Source: the human T2T-CHM13v2.0 reference genome, Homo sapiens. Taken from it: 64,000 bases of DNA. The stretch lies in assembly GCF_009914755.1 (NCBI RefSeq), contig NC_060926.1; one strand, written 5' to 3'. The notes under the pieces were generated by a model. That model did no database searches and had not been told where the DNA came from. It was given only the letters and a program-made list of their open reading frames with translations. The translations under genes were made by a program, and so were the position numbers. This document shows positions 16,648 to 29,717 of the stretch, in pieces. Positions within the stretch are counted from its first letter, which is position 1. Each line of letters starts with the position of its first letter.

Positions 16648-16782
16648 TTTTTTTTTTTTTTTATTACAGACTGGATTTTACCCTGTTGGCCAGTCTGGTC
16701 TTGAACCCCTGGCCTCAAGTGATCCGCCTGCCATGGCCTCCCAAAGTGCTGGGATTACAGGTGTGAGCCACCATGCCCGGCC
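16648..16782 (-). mobile_element. Alu left monomer (FLAM-like)
   Basis: Single left arm with poly-T. Confidence 0.85.
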
Positions 16783-16837
16783 CCTGATTTTAAACTTTTC
16801 TCACCTAGTTTCCATTTGTTATTATGTGGGAAATTAG

Positions 16838-17302
<465 letters not shown>

Positions 17303-17734
17303 TGCTTTTTGCATTGTTTCTATTTCTTCTAAGTTACTTTTCTTTTCTTTCTCTTCTTCTTTCCATTTTTCTCCTGTTTGCTTGTTTTGCTTATCTTTTA
17401 TATTGCCGGCTTTCCTTACAATCATATTTTCAGTAACTTAGTCATACATAAATCAAAACAGCCAACAATAAGCAGGACTTAAGGAAATTTTCCAATATGT
17501 AGACTTATGGGCTTGAGGAATGGTGGTGACTGGGTGGGGAACTGGCATTTTTGTTAGTGAATCTCCAAATGTCAGATCTATGCGTTCTGTCTTCTGCAGT
17601 GGTGTCTCCAAATCCTGAGTCTTCTGTGAGGTCCATGGGGGTAAGCTGACTTGCTTCTCATTATTTCTGTAGGCACTTAGTCTGTAACATCCTTTGGTTT
17701 ACTGTATAGTTACTCCTTCTCCACTTGCTTTCCT

Positions 17735-18032
17735 TCTTTCTTTTTGTTTTTAGGCAGGATCTTGCTCTGTTGCCCAGGCTGGAGTGCGGTGGCTCAGTCA
17801 TAGCTCACTGCAGCCTTGATCTCCTGGGCTCAAGTGATCCTCTTACCTCAGCCTCCCGAGTAGCTAGGACTGCAGGTGTGCACCACCATACCTAGCTAAT
17901 TTTTTAATTTTTTGTAGAGACAGGGTCCTACTATGTTGTCTATGCTGGTCTTCAACTCCTGGCCTCAAGTGATCCTTCTGCCTCGGCTTCCCAAAGTGTT
18001 GGGATTACAGGCGTGAGTTACCACACCTGGCC
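17735..18032 (-). mobile_element. AluJ
   Basis: Full dimer with J-type residues. Confidence 0.9.
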
Positions 18033-18089
18033 CCTCTGTTTTCCTACTAATTATTTGTTGAAACCTCTTGTTTAGGTTATAGTTTTGTA

Positions 18090-18540
18090 CCAGCTAGGAA
18101 TATTTTCAGCTATAAGTTAACAGAAAACTGGACTTAAAAATGGATATAAAAAAAGGGTTCATTTTTCTCAGTAATAAGAAGTTTGGAGGCAGATGGTTAC
18201 TGGCCTTAGTTCAGTAGCTCAATAATGTCTGGACCAATGTCTCTGTGGTTGTCTTGGCCTTTTCCTCATGGTCAAAAAAGGAAAAGTGCAGCTGCACATG
18301 ATATCCACAGTTAAGGCAGGAACGAGTAAAGGATTGTGTTGCTTTTCCTGACCCACCCCAAACAGATATCTACTTGTGTTCCATTGGCTCAAATAGGGTC
18401 ATATGGTTACTCCTTGCTACAAGGGAGACTGAGAAATTGGCTTGGTTTTTTGATGCCCTGAAAAAAAAATTCTCTTGGCCAGGAAGAAGGGGATGGGGAT
18501 GGGTGTATACTAGGTAGTCAATGAACAATCTGTTACATCT
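18090..18540. mobile_element. LTR33-like ERVL solo LTR (related pieces at about 15515-15635 and 30265-30680)
   Basis: Shared motif ttcagctgtaagtaacagaaaac at all three sites. Confidence 0.5.
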
Positions 18541-18609
18541 TTCATATTTTGATGCTATCATTTTAATGGGGCTTCAGGTGAAAGAAGATAGACATGCCAT
18601 GTGTAATTG

Positions 18610-18695
18610 CATGGTGAAAATTAAGCGAGAAAATCCATATGAAGCACTTAGTGCAGTGCCTGGCATGTAGTAATAATCAATAAATATTTGCTACT
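18610..18695 (+). mobile_element. MIR 3' part
   Basis: aagcacttagtgcagtgcctggcatgtagtaa...aataaat. Confidence 0.7.
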
Positions 18696-19114
18696 ATGTT
18701 ATGACCCATATGCTCCACTTTGTACATGTTGTCTCGTGGCAGTTGGAATGATCAGGTGGAGATGCCACTAGGCTCCTAGATAAATGGGTCATCCCTGCAG
18801 AGAAATTGGGCTAGAGAAATTAATTTGGTTGTCATCAGTATGTGGATAGTGTTTGAAGCCACATACATGGATGGGATTATCCAGGGAGAAGTTGTGTAAT
18901 GACAAGCAAGCAGGAAGAAGACACTGGAGAATGTAAATTAAGCTTAACCAACATTATAAGTTGTGATGTTACATGTTTAGGTTTTAAAAAATGAATTTAT
19001 TCCTCTAGTGCAATATATTAAGGTACTGAATTATCAAGAAATTGAATCACAATAAGAGATGTTGCAAAAATAGTTGCAAAGTCAGACTCAGTGTGGCACA
19101 TTTGTAGCTATATA

Positions 19115-19169
19115 TTAGGTTGGTGCAAGAGTAATGGCAAAAACCGCAATTACTTTTGCACCAACCTAA
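19115..19169. mobile_element. MADE1 (Hsmar1-derived MITE), internally deleted to 55 bp
   Basis: ttaggttggtgcaagagtaat...attacttttgcaccaacctaa flanked by TA dinucleotides. Confidence 0.93.
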
Positions 19170-19177
19170 TAGTGCCA

Positions 19178-19322
19178 GTCCAGGAACGGTGGCTCACACC
19201 TGTAATCCCAACACTTTGAGGGGTGAGGTGGGTGGATTGCTTGAGCTCAAGAATTCGTGACCAGCCTGGGCAACATGATGAAACCCCATCAGTACAAAAA
19301 ACACAAAAATTAGCTGGGCATG
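19178..19322 (+). mobile_element. Alu left arm
   Basis: ggtggctcacacctgtaatccca...aattagctgggcat. Confidence 0.85.
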
Positions 19323-20029
19323 GGCCTTACTTTCTTATAGCTATTTTTAAAAAGAGAAAAATTTTTTAAAATGCAATGACAGTAAGTTGCAGAAATCTGA
19401 ATTAAATTGCCTTTAAAAAAACCACATTTGTTTCTTCCCAGGCCATGAAAATGTGGAATACAACAGGGACCATCATTTAGAGATGGCCTGGCTGTGATTA
19501 TAGCAGCCCTGCTCTGTCTTTACTAACAAGCCAGCAGCATGTAAGAACACACTGTGGATGTGTGTGTTTTCTTCTTCTGTGTTTTATTTTCTCAAAAAGA
19601 ATGACTGATGACTTTCTTTTGCAAATTGTACTATATTATTCCAATTGCAGTGGTAAGTTCTGCCAACATTTTTTGATGCATAAGGACTGTTTTGAATCTA
19701 TTGTTTTATTATGTCTTTTTTTTTGCAAAATTAAGAATATTTTCTGTTTCTTAGTAATCATGTTAAATTAATGTACAGTGTTATGACACTGAGCATAAGC
19801 CTTTGAATAAGTCCTCAGAAAATATATTTTCCATAAAGACTCAATGGTAGTTTTGTAAAATAAAACACTTGTATTTGGAGATAGCCAAATTCTAAAATTA
19901 AAATTACATCTTGATTGCTACATATTTTTTAAACCGTATGTTATGTATCAGTCCTCTGCACTTCAAAGGATTATTAAAGGACTGGTATATGTATATAAGA
20001 GGATGATGAAATGGTTACATGGCCTGGAA

Positions 20030-20620
20030 AACTATGTCATAATACAAGGAATGCTTGAAGGCATTGGGGAATTTAGCTGGAGAAAAAATACTTGAAATCA
20101 TGATAGCTTCCTTCAAGTATTTGAAGGGCTGATACATAGGAAAGGGTAAATGTTCTCTCTTTTTCCAGAAGGCAATAATCTTGATTGGAGCCATGGGTGA
20201 ATTTGCTGAATTTGCTTATTTCAGCTGACCCTGACAACAAGTTTTCCTGTAAAGTCATTAAATGTATATAATGGTGGAATTTTATCAATACCTAGGAGTA
20301 GTCTAGATCAGGGATTGGCAACCCACGGCCTGTTTTGCAAGTTTAGTAAATGAAGTTTTATTGGAGCACAGCCACACCCATTTATTTATGTTTTGGCTAT
20401 GACTGCTTTTGTGGTACATGGGCAGAGTGGAGTTGTTACAACAAAGACTGGATGGCCTCAAAGCCTGAACTATTTACCATCTGGCCTTCTACAGAAAAGG
20501 GTTTGCTGCTCACTGTATAACAGCTGTCAGACAAGCCGAGGGTGTTGTAGGTCTAACTCATCAAATGGTATGTTAGACTAGATGTCCTCTGAGGTCCTGT
20601 CCAGCTAAGATTCTGTGTTT
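20030..20620 (+). mobile_element. L3/CR1 3' fragments
   Basis: cttcaagtatttgaagggctg and gatgtcctctgaggtcctgtccagctaagattctgtg. Confidence 0.6.
20309..20516. mobile_element. MER58A
   Basis: agttttattggagcacagccacaccc...tatttaccatctggccttctacagaaaag. Confidence 0.8.
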
Positions 20621-20622
20621 CT

Positions 20623-20928
20623 TTTTTGTTTGTTTGTTTGTTTTTTAAGACAGAGTTTCGCCTTGTGGCCCAGGCTGGAGTGCAGTGCCCTGATACTCGG
20701 CTCATTGTAGTCTCTGCCTCCTGGGTTCAAGCAGTTCTCCTGCCTCAGCCTCCTGAGTAGCTGGGATTACAGGCGTGGGCCACCATACGCAGCTAATTTT
20801 TGTATTTTTAGTAGAGATGGGGTTTCACCATGTTGTCCACGCTGGTCTCCAATTCCTGACCTGGGGTGATCGGCCCATCTCGGCCTCCCAAAGTGCTGGG
20901 ATTGCGGGTGTGAGCCACGGCGCTTGGC
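20623..20928 (-). mobile_element. AluS
   Basis: Full dimer; agattctgYgtttct TSD. Confidence 0.93.
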
Positions 20929-20944
20929 TAGATTCTGCGTTTCT

Positions 20945-21246
20945 TTCTTTCTTTTTTTTTTTTTGTGAGACGGAGTCTTGCTCTGTCGCCCAGGCTAGAG
21001 GGCAGTGGTGCAATCTTGGCTGACTGCAAGCTCCGCCTCCCGGGTTCATACCATTCTCCTGCCTCAGCCTCCCGAGTAGCTGGGACTACAGGCGCCCACT
21101 ACCACGCCCGGCTAATTTTTTGTATTTTTAGTAGAGACGGGGTTTCACTGTGTTAGCCAGGATGGTCTCGATCTCCTGACCTCGTGATCCGCCCACCTCG
21201 GCCTCCCAAAGTGCTGGGATTACAGGGGTGAGCCACCGCGCCCGGC
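20945..21246 (-). mobile_element. AluY
   Basis: Y diagnostics (gcaagctccgcc, ccattctcc, ttagccaggatggtctcgatctcc); CpG-rich. Confidence 0.93.
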
Positions 21247-22094
21247 AGATTCTGTGTTTCTATACAGAGCTGATGATTGCGCATGTACTTAAAATGTGTT
21301 CATAGTTCAAGAGTTAGAATTAGAATAGAGATACTCACTAATAGAGTTGTGTTTACCTCTTCCATAGATATTAATACTTGACATTTGTGTGAAATATGAA
21401 ATTTGAACACCTTTCTGCCTTAACTATGAATTGACATTTTTTTGAGTTTCCAGTTGTGACAATGGTAAATTGAAATGCAACAATGGATTTTGTGAACAAT
21501 TAGGTGGTGTCAGATTCAAAGTTATTTAATATTTTCAAAAATAACTTTTCTCCAGCAGACCATTAGTGGCATGAATGTCTGTGCAACCAGAGTGGCTAGC
21601 TTTTCCTTGCTTTTTCATCTGAGTATTTCAAGGTACTTTGCTAATATTTTTATACTTTATTCATCAAGTTCCTTTTTACACAAATAGACAGGGTTATTAA
21701 GAAAGGTTCCATTGGATGTTCTATTGAAACATAGAAGGTATTTTTTTAGGGGAACAAAATTCACTGAGGAGCTGTAATTTTGGAAAAAGAATAGTTTAGT
21801 CTAATTGATATAAATTACTCTAATGGAAAACTAGGAACATGAAAAATATCTACAGTAGAGTTGGAATTCTAACACCAGGCTTTAGACCTCAAATACTAAA
21901 TCATTTATTTTCCTTTAGAACATAACCGATCTATATTAAAATGACTTAAGGGTATAGTTTTTACTTTAAAGTTCATATTTTATATATGTGCATTTAGTAA
22001 GGTAATCATATTTAATAAAAGAAATGCATAATGCAGTACTAATTACTTTTTATCTTTTTTTCTTTAATCAGCTTTCTCAGGTAGCAACTAATTA

Positions 22095-23185
22095 CTTAAA
22101 AAAATTAATAGACTTTCTTTTTTAGAGCAGCTTTAGGTTTGCAGAAAAATTGAGTGGAAACTACAGAGAGTTTCCATATATTTCCTCACACCCAATTCCC
22201 TAGGTCCCTCAGTTTCCCCCATTATTAACATCTTGCATTATGTAGTATATTTGTTACAATTGATGAGCCAATATTGATATATTATTAATAACTAAGCTGA
22301 TAGGTTACATTAGGGTTGACTCTTTTTTTTTTTTTTTTTTTTTTTTAGGCAGAGTTTTGCTCTGTTCCCAGGCTGCTGTGTAATGGCATGGTCATAGCTC
22401 ACTATAACCTTGGACTCCTGGGCTCAAGTGATCCTCCTGCCTCAGCCTCCTGAGTAGCTGGGACTAAAAACACGTACATGATGCTCAGCTAATTTTTTTA
22501 TTCTTTATTTTTTGTAGAGATGGGATCTCGCTATGTTTCCCGGGCTGGTCTCAAAGTCCTGGGCTCAAGCAGTCTTCTCACCTCAGCTTCCCAAAGTGCT
22601 GGGACTACTGGCATGAGCCACTGTGCCTGTCCAGAGTTCACTTGTGATGTTGTACATTCTACTGGTTTTGATAAATGTATGATGGCATGTGTCTACCATT
22701 ATAGTATCACAGAGAATTGTTCCACTACACTAAAAATCCCATGTGCTCTGCTTATTCATCCCTCCTTCTCTCCCTCTAGCCCCTGACAACCACTGATGTC
22801 TTTACTGTCTCCCTAGTTTTGCTTTGCCCAGAATGTTATATAGATGGAATAATATAGTATATATTTTCACATTGGCTTCATTCACTTAGATACATGTCTT
22901 TAAGGTTCCTTCATGTATTTTTATGGCTTGACATTTCATTTCTTCTTATTGCTGAATACTATTTTATTGTTTGGGTGTGCCACAAGTTGTTTATATATTC
23001 ACTTATTGAGAGACACCTTGGTTGCTTCCAAATTTGTTATTTTATTAATTTTTTTAGAGATAGGGTCTTTCTGTGTTGCCCAGGCTGGTCTCAAAACCTG
23101 GCCTTAAGTGAGCCTCCCACCTCAGCCTTTCAAGTAGCTGGTATTACAGGCTCAAGCCACCATGCTCAGCTGGTTTCTTCCAAGT
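22095..23185 (-). mobile_element. L1MC/MB 3' end, interrupted by an AluJ (22324-22632) and a FLAM (23045-23172)
   Basis: ttagagcagctttaggtttgcagaaaaattgagtggaaactacagagag. Confidence 0.75.
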
Positions 23186-23666
23186 TTTGTCAATTATGAG
23201 ACTGATTACTTTTTTAAAAATGTATTTTTTCAAAATTATAATCATATATAATTATAGGGTACACAGTTTTCCCCCTATGTTTTCTTATAGTATGTTTTTA
23301 AAATCAGTTTCAGGTCTTGTGTTTAAGTCTTTAATCCATTTCGAGTTGTGTTTTGTATATGGTGTGACATAAGGGTCAAATCTCACTCTTCTGCATGTGG
23401 ATGTCCAGTTTTCCCATTATTCTTTATTGAAGAGACTGTCTTTGCCCCATCGTGTGTTCTTGGAACCTTTGGAAAAAAAAAATCAGTTGACTGTAAATAT
23501 GTGGGTTTATTTCTGGGCTCTCTATCCTGTTCCATTGGATGATGTTTCTATTTTTATGTCAGTACCATGCTGTTTTAATTACTACAGCTTTGTAATATAG
23601 TTTGAAGTCAGGTAGAATGTTGCCTCCAGCTTTGTTCTTTTTGCTCAAATTGCCTGGGCTACTTAG

Positions 23667-24110
<444 letters not shown>

Positions 24111-25626
24111 CGTAGTTGGACTTTTTAACAATATTAATTCTTCCAATCCATGAACGTGGAATATCCTTATATTTATTTATGTCTTCTTCAATTTCTTTAA
24201 TCAATGTTATATTTTTCAGTGTACAGAGCTTTCATCTCATTGGTTAAACTTATTCTCCTAAGGTTTTTTTTTTTGATGGCTGTTGTAAATGAGACTGTTT
24301 TCTATATTTCTTTAGATAGTCTGTTGCTAGTGTATAGGAATGCTACTGATTTTTGCGTGTTGACTTTGTATTCTTCAACTTTACTATTTATCACTTCTAA
24401 CAGTTTTTTGGTAGAGTCTTTATGGTTTTTGTCATCAGCAAACAGTGACAATTTTAAGTTTTTCCTTTCCTATTTGAATGCCTTTTACTTCTTTCTCTTA
24501 CATAATTGCTCCACAAGGACATCCAGTACTACATTAAATAGAAATGATGAGAGTGGGCATCCTGGTCTTGTTCCTGATCTTAGAGAAAAAGTTTTCCATT
24601 TTTCACCATTGTGTGTAATGTTTGCTGTGGGCTTTTCATATATGGCCTTTATTATGTTGATATACATTTCTTCTATACTAATTTATTAGTGAAAGGATGT
24701 TGAATTTTATCAGATGCCTTTTCTGCATCTAATGTGGTGATCATATAGTATTTGTCCTTCATTCTGTTAATATGGTGTTCTCCATTTATAGATTTGCATG
24801 TGTTGAATCATCTTTGTATCCCTGGGATAAATTCCACTTGATCATGGTGAATGATCCTTTTAATGTGCTGTTGAATTTGGCTTATTCGTATTTTGTTGAG
24901 GATTTTTGCATCTATGTTCATCAGGGATATTGGCCTGTAATTTTCTTTTCTCATAATGTTCTTGTCTGGCTTTGGTATCAAGGTAATGCTAACCTCATAA
25001 AAAGAGTTCAAAAGTATTACATCCTCTTCGATTTTTTGGAAGAGTTCAAAAAGGATTGATATTAGTTTAAATGTTTGGCAGAATTCATCAGTAACACTTC
25101 CAGTCTTGGGCTTTTCTTTGATGGGAAAGTTTGTATTATTGATTTAGTCTTTTTGAATTACCAATTCAATTATTATTGGTCTGTTCAGATTTTCTATATC
25201 TTCTTGATTTAGTATTGGTAGGTTATATGTGGTAGGATAAATTCTAGGAATATATCCATTTCTTCTAGATTATTCAATTTATTGGCATATGGTTGTTTGT
25301 TCGTACTAATCTTTATGATTCTTTGTATTCTGTGGTATAAATCACAGTGTCTCCTCTTTTATTTCTCATTTTATTTATTTGAATCTTTTCACTTTTTTTT
25401 CTAGGTTAACCTAACTGTAGGTTTGTCGATTTTGTTTATCTTTTCAAGAAACCACTGCTGGTTTCATTGATTTTTCTTCTATTGTTTTTCTAGTCTCTAT
25501 TTTATTTATTTTTGCCCTGATCTTTGTCATTTTTTTCCTTCTGCTACATTTAGGCTTTTTCTTTTTCTGCTTCCTTGAGGTATAACATAATATTATTTGT
25601 GATATTTATTCTTTTCTGATAGACTG

Positions 25627-25900
25627 CAGGGGTCCCCAACCCTTGTGACCTGTTAGGAACTGGACCACACAGCAGGAGGTGAGTGGCAGTACCACCTGAG
25701 CTCCACTTCCTGCCAGATCAGTGGCAGCATTAGAGTCTTATAGCAGAGCGAACCCTATTGTGAACTGCGCATGCGAGGGATACAGGTTGTTCACTCTTCA
25801 TGAGAATCTAACTAATGCCTGATGATCTGAGGTGGAACAGTTTCATCCTGAAACCCTACCTGCTTCCTTCCTGTCTTCCACCAAACTGGTCCCTGGTGCA
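25627..25900 (+). mobile_element. MER1B nested in L1
   Basis: caggggtccccaacc...tgttaggaac...gagaatctaactaatgcctgatgatctgaggtggaacagtttcatc. Confidence 0.8.
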
Positions 25901-26472
25901 TAGAGCCATTTATTGCTATAAATTTCCCTCTTAGAATTGCTTTTGCTGCATCCCATAAGTTTTGGTATGTGTTGTGTTTTCATTTTTGTCTCAAGATATT
26001 TTTAAATTTCGCTTTTGATTTCTTCTTTGACTCATTGGTTGTTTAGTAACATGTTAATTTCCACATATTTGTGAATTTTCCAAGATTTCTCCTGTTACTG
26101 AGTCCTAGTTTCATAGCATTATTATCAGAGAAGATACTTGAAATTATTTCACTTCTCTTAAATTTGTCCAGACTAGTTTTGTGGCCTAACATATATAATA
26201 AAGGTATATATTTTTCATTTATTAAACAATTATATATTTGATACCTTTTATATATGCCAGGCACTGTTTTTGGTACCTGACCTAGAGAAAGTTCCATGTG
26301 CTCTTGAGAAGAATCTGTATTCTGTTGCTGTTGGATGGAAAATTCTACATATGTCTGTTAGGTCCATTTGGTCTAAAGTGTAGCTCAAGTTCAATATTTG
26401 CTTATTAATTTTGTTTATTTTTTATGTAATCTTAAAGTTTACCTACAATATAAAAACTTTAGCATGAAATAT

Positions 26473-26844
26473 ATATATATTTTATTTAAGTTCCAGGATA
26501 CATGTGCAGAATGTGCAGGTTTGTTACATAGGTAAACGTGTGCCATGGTGGTTTGCTGTACCTATCAACCTATCACCTAGGTATTAAGCCCCGCATGCAT
26601 TAGCTATTTATCCTGATGCTCTCCCTCCCCTGCTCCCCAACAAGCCCCAGTGTGTGTTGTTCCTCTCCCTGTGTTCATGTGTTCTTATTATTCAGCTCCC
26701 ACTTACAAGTGAGAACATGCAGTGTTTGGTTTTCTGTTCCTGTGTTAGTGTGCTGAGGATAATGGCTTCCAGGTCCATCCACGTCCCTGCAAAGGACATG
26801 AGTTCATTTCTTTTTATGGCTGCATAGTATTCCATAGTGTAGAC
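26473..26844 (-). mobile_element. Short L1PA (PA8-like) 3' end
   Basis: atacatgtgcagaatgtgcaggtttgttacatagg; agcatgaaatat TSD. Confidence 0.88.
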
Positions 26845-26860
26845 GAGCATGAAATATTTT

Positions 26861-27179
26861 CATTTTCTTATTTATGTATTCATTTTTATTTTTTGAGATG
26901 GAATCTTGCTCTGTCATCCAGGCTGTAGTGCAGGGGTATGATCTCGGCTCACTGCAACCTCCACCTCCCGGGTTCAAGCAATTCTTCCTGCCTCAGCCTC
27001 CCAAGTAGTTGGGATTACAGGCACCTGCCACCCATGCCTACCTAATTTTTGTAGTGTTAGTAGAAATGCGGTTTCACCATGTTGGCTAGGCTGGTCTTGA
27101 ACTCCTGACCTCAGGTGATCCACCCGCCTCGGCCTCCCAAAGTGCTGGGATTTACAGGCATGACCCACTGTGCCTGGTC
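26861..27179 (-). mobile_element. AluS
   Basis: gagcatgaaatatttt TSD. Confidence 0.92.
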
Positions 27180-27754
27180 TGAGCATGAAATATTTTAAAT
27201 AAATATTTTTTAAAAAGGTATCTCAATTTTCCAAAAACTTGAAATCTATTTTAGTTTACCAGTACAAAATAAATGTGATTTAAAAAAAAAATTTACACAA
27301 GATTTACATGGTTGTCCTAAAATTTAAATGATGTGGATTTATGTGGAGTAAAAGATGTAAGTTCTTTCTGTCCTCTTAATACCATAGTCCTATACATTTT
27401 TTCCTATGCATGTAACATGTATATATATTGAAAATACATGTAATATAATCCCTTATTATTTTAAAAAAACCTATACATTCCCATGTAGTTACATTTATCT
27501 CTGTCATTTGTGAAGATGGGATCATGCCACACATATTATTCTGCAACTTAAAAAAATTTCACTGTATTGTATATTGTGGATATCTTTTGATGGCAGTGAG
27601 TGTTCTTTTAAATCACTGCAGAATATTCAGATTTATAGACAAATTATAATTTATTTAATCATTCATCTATTACTGGGCATTCAGCTTTCTGCAGTTTTTT
27701 TGCTATTATGAATCTCGTTGCAGTGAGTATCCTTGTATACATAATATGTGTATC

Positions 27755-28165
27755 TTTTTCATTTATTAAACAATTATATATTTGATACCTTTTATATATG
27801 CCAGGCACTGTTTTAGGTACTAGAATTCAGCAGTGACCAAGAAATAAGGTTTAATTTCTTGTGTGGGAAGACCCACAATAAAGAAACAATAAACAAGATA
27901 CAAGATACTTTCAAATAGTAGTAAGTGCCGTGAAGGCAATAAATAAGGTCTTGCAGAAGAGAGTGGTGGTTTTCCAATTCTAGATGGGGTAATCAGGGAA
28001 GGGCTTTCCATGGAGGTGACTTCTAAGCTAAGAGATGCATGGTGAAGAGGAGGCTGTCAGTGCAGAGGGTCTGGGAAGAGCTTTCTGTGCAGAGGCAACA
28101 GCAAACAGCCATGCACCAGTGCAGGTAGTGGGATCATCTGCCTGGTGCAGGCATTATGGGCACAT
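27755..28165 (-). mobile_element. L2 3' end
   Basis: tatgccaggcactgttttaggtactagaattcagcagtgaccaaga. Confidence 0.75.
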
Positions 28166-28183
28166 TGTATATAGGGAATTTGA

Positions 28184-28715
<532 letters not shown>

Positions 28716-29582
28716 CGGTCTGCTTTTGATTATCACCATGCACCAGCAATTCTAACCAATAAAATACTGTGCCTTATTTCCCTCCCGCTCCATGCCACTG
28801 ACATGAGATATGTGCTATTCCCCATATTTTTGAAGTGTTGATTCCTGGATATGGGTCAAAGGCTGTCTGCAATTTAAATTTAAACTTTGGATTCACTTTT
28901 AATTATAAAAATTATCAAGTGTTTTTCAAAACATACTGAGTAAACTAAGGCCTCGTGGCTGAGGAAGTTTTGCTCTCTTCTGTGCTTTTGTAAGTAAAAA
29001 AATTGTATTGATTTAAGTAATTTAAGTGAATCAAGCCAATTACAAAATATTAAGAAATGGAAATTAAATAAAATCACCCATAAACCTACCGTTTGAAAAC
29101 AAATTTGGACAATATTTTGATGCATAATGCAAGTTTGTATTTCTCTTTCTCTTTTTTGGGGCAAGGGTCAGCTAACTAAACATTTGGTTTGATATTCTTC
29201 AGAGTTAGGTTGTAACTCTCTATATATACATAGTTGTATATATACTCTCTCTATATAGTATATAGGCTTACTACTATAAAACCATGTGTTATAGGTTTAC
29301 TACTATAAAACCACTCCTGGTTGGCCCTTCGTCTGTGGCAGGTACTTTTGACTGGGCTGCTAAAGTCAAGCTCCCTGGGCTTTAAAAAAAAAAAAATCCT
29401 CAAAAATCAGTCAATATTGCCTGAGATCACCTGTTTTAACTCCAATAAGGTTCTAGAGCAAGCATCTCATTCGGTCACGTGAAGGTGGCATACCTGGGTG
29501 GTGGTGGAACTCAGTTGCAGAACTGGGCTTCAAAAATATTCATAAGTCAGTGCTTATATTGGATTATGACTTTTTAGGATGC

Positions 29583-29717
29583 TTTTTTTTTTTTTTTTAA
29601 TGAGACAGGGTCTGACTATGTTGCACAGGCTGGTCTTGAACTCCTGGGCTCAAGCAATCCACCTGCCTCGGCCTCCAAAAGTCCTGAGATTACAGGCATG
29701 AGCCACCGCACCCAGCC
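29583..29717 (-). mobile_element. FLAM
   Basis: Left monomer with poly-T. Confidence 0.85.

Noticed and set aside
20608-21261. Thrice-repeated 15-mer with about 300-bp spacers resembling a CRISPR-like array
   Set aside because: The spacers are Alus and the repeats are TSDs; the DNA is primate and has no cas genes
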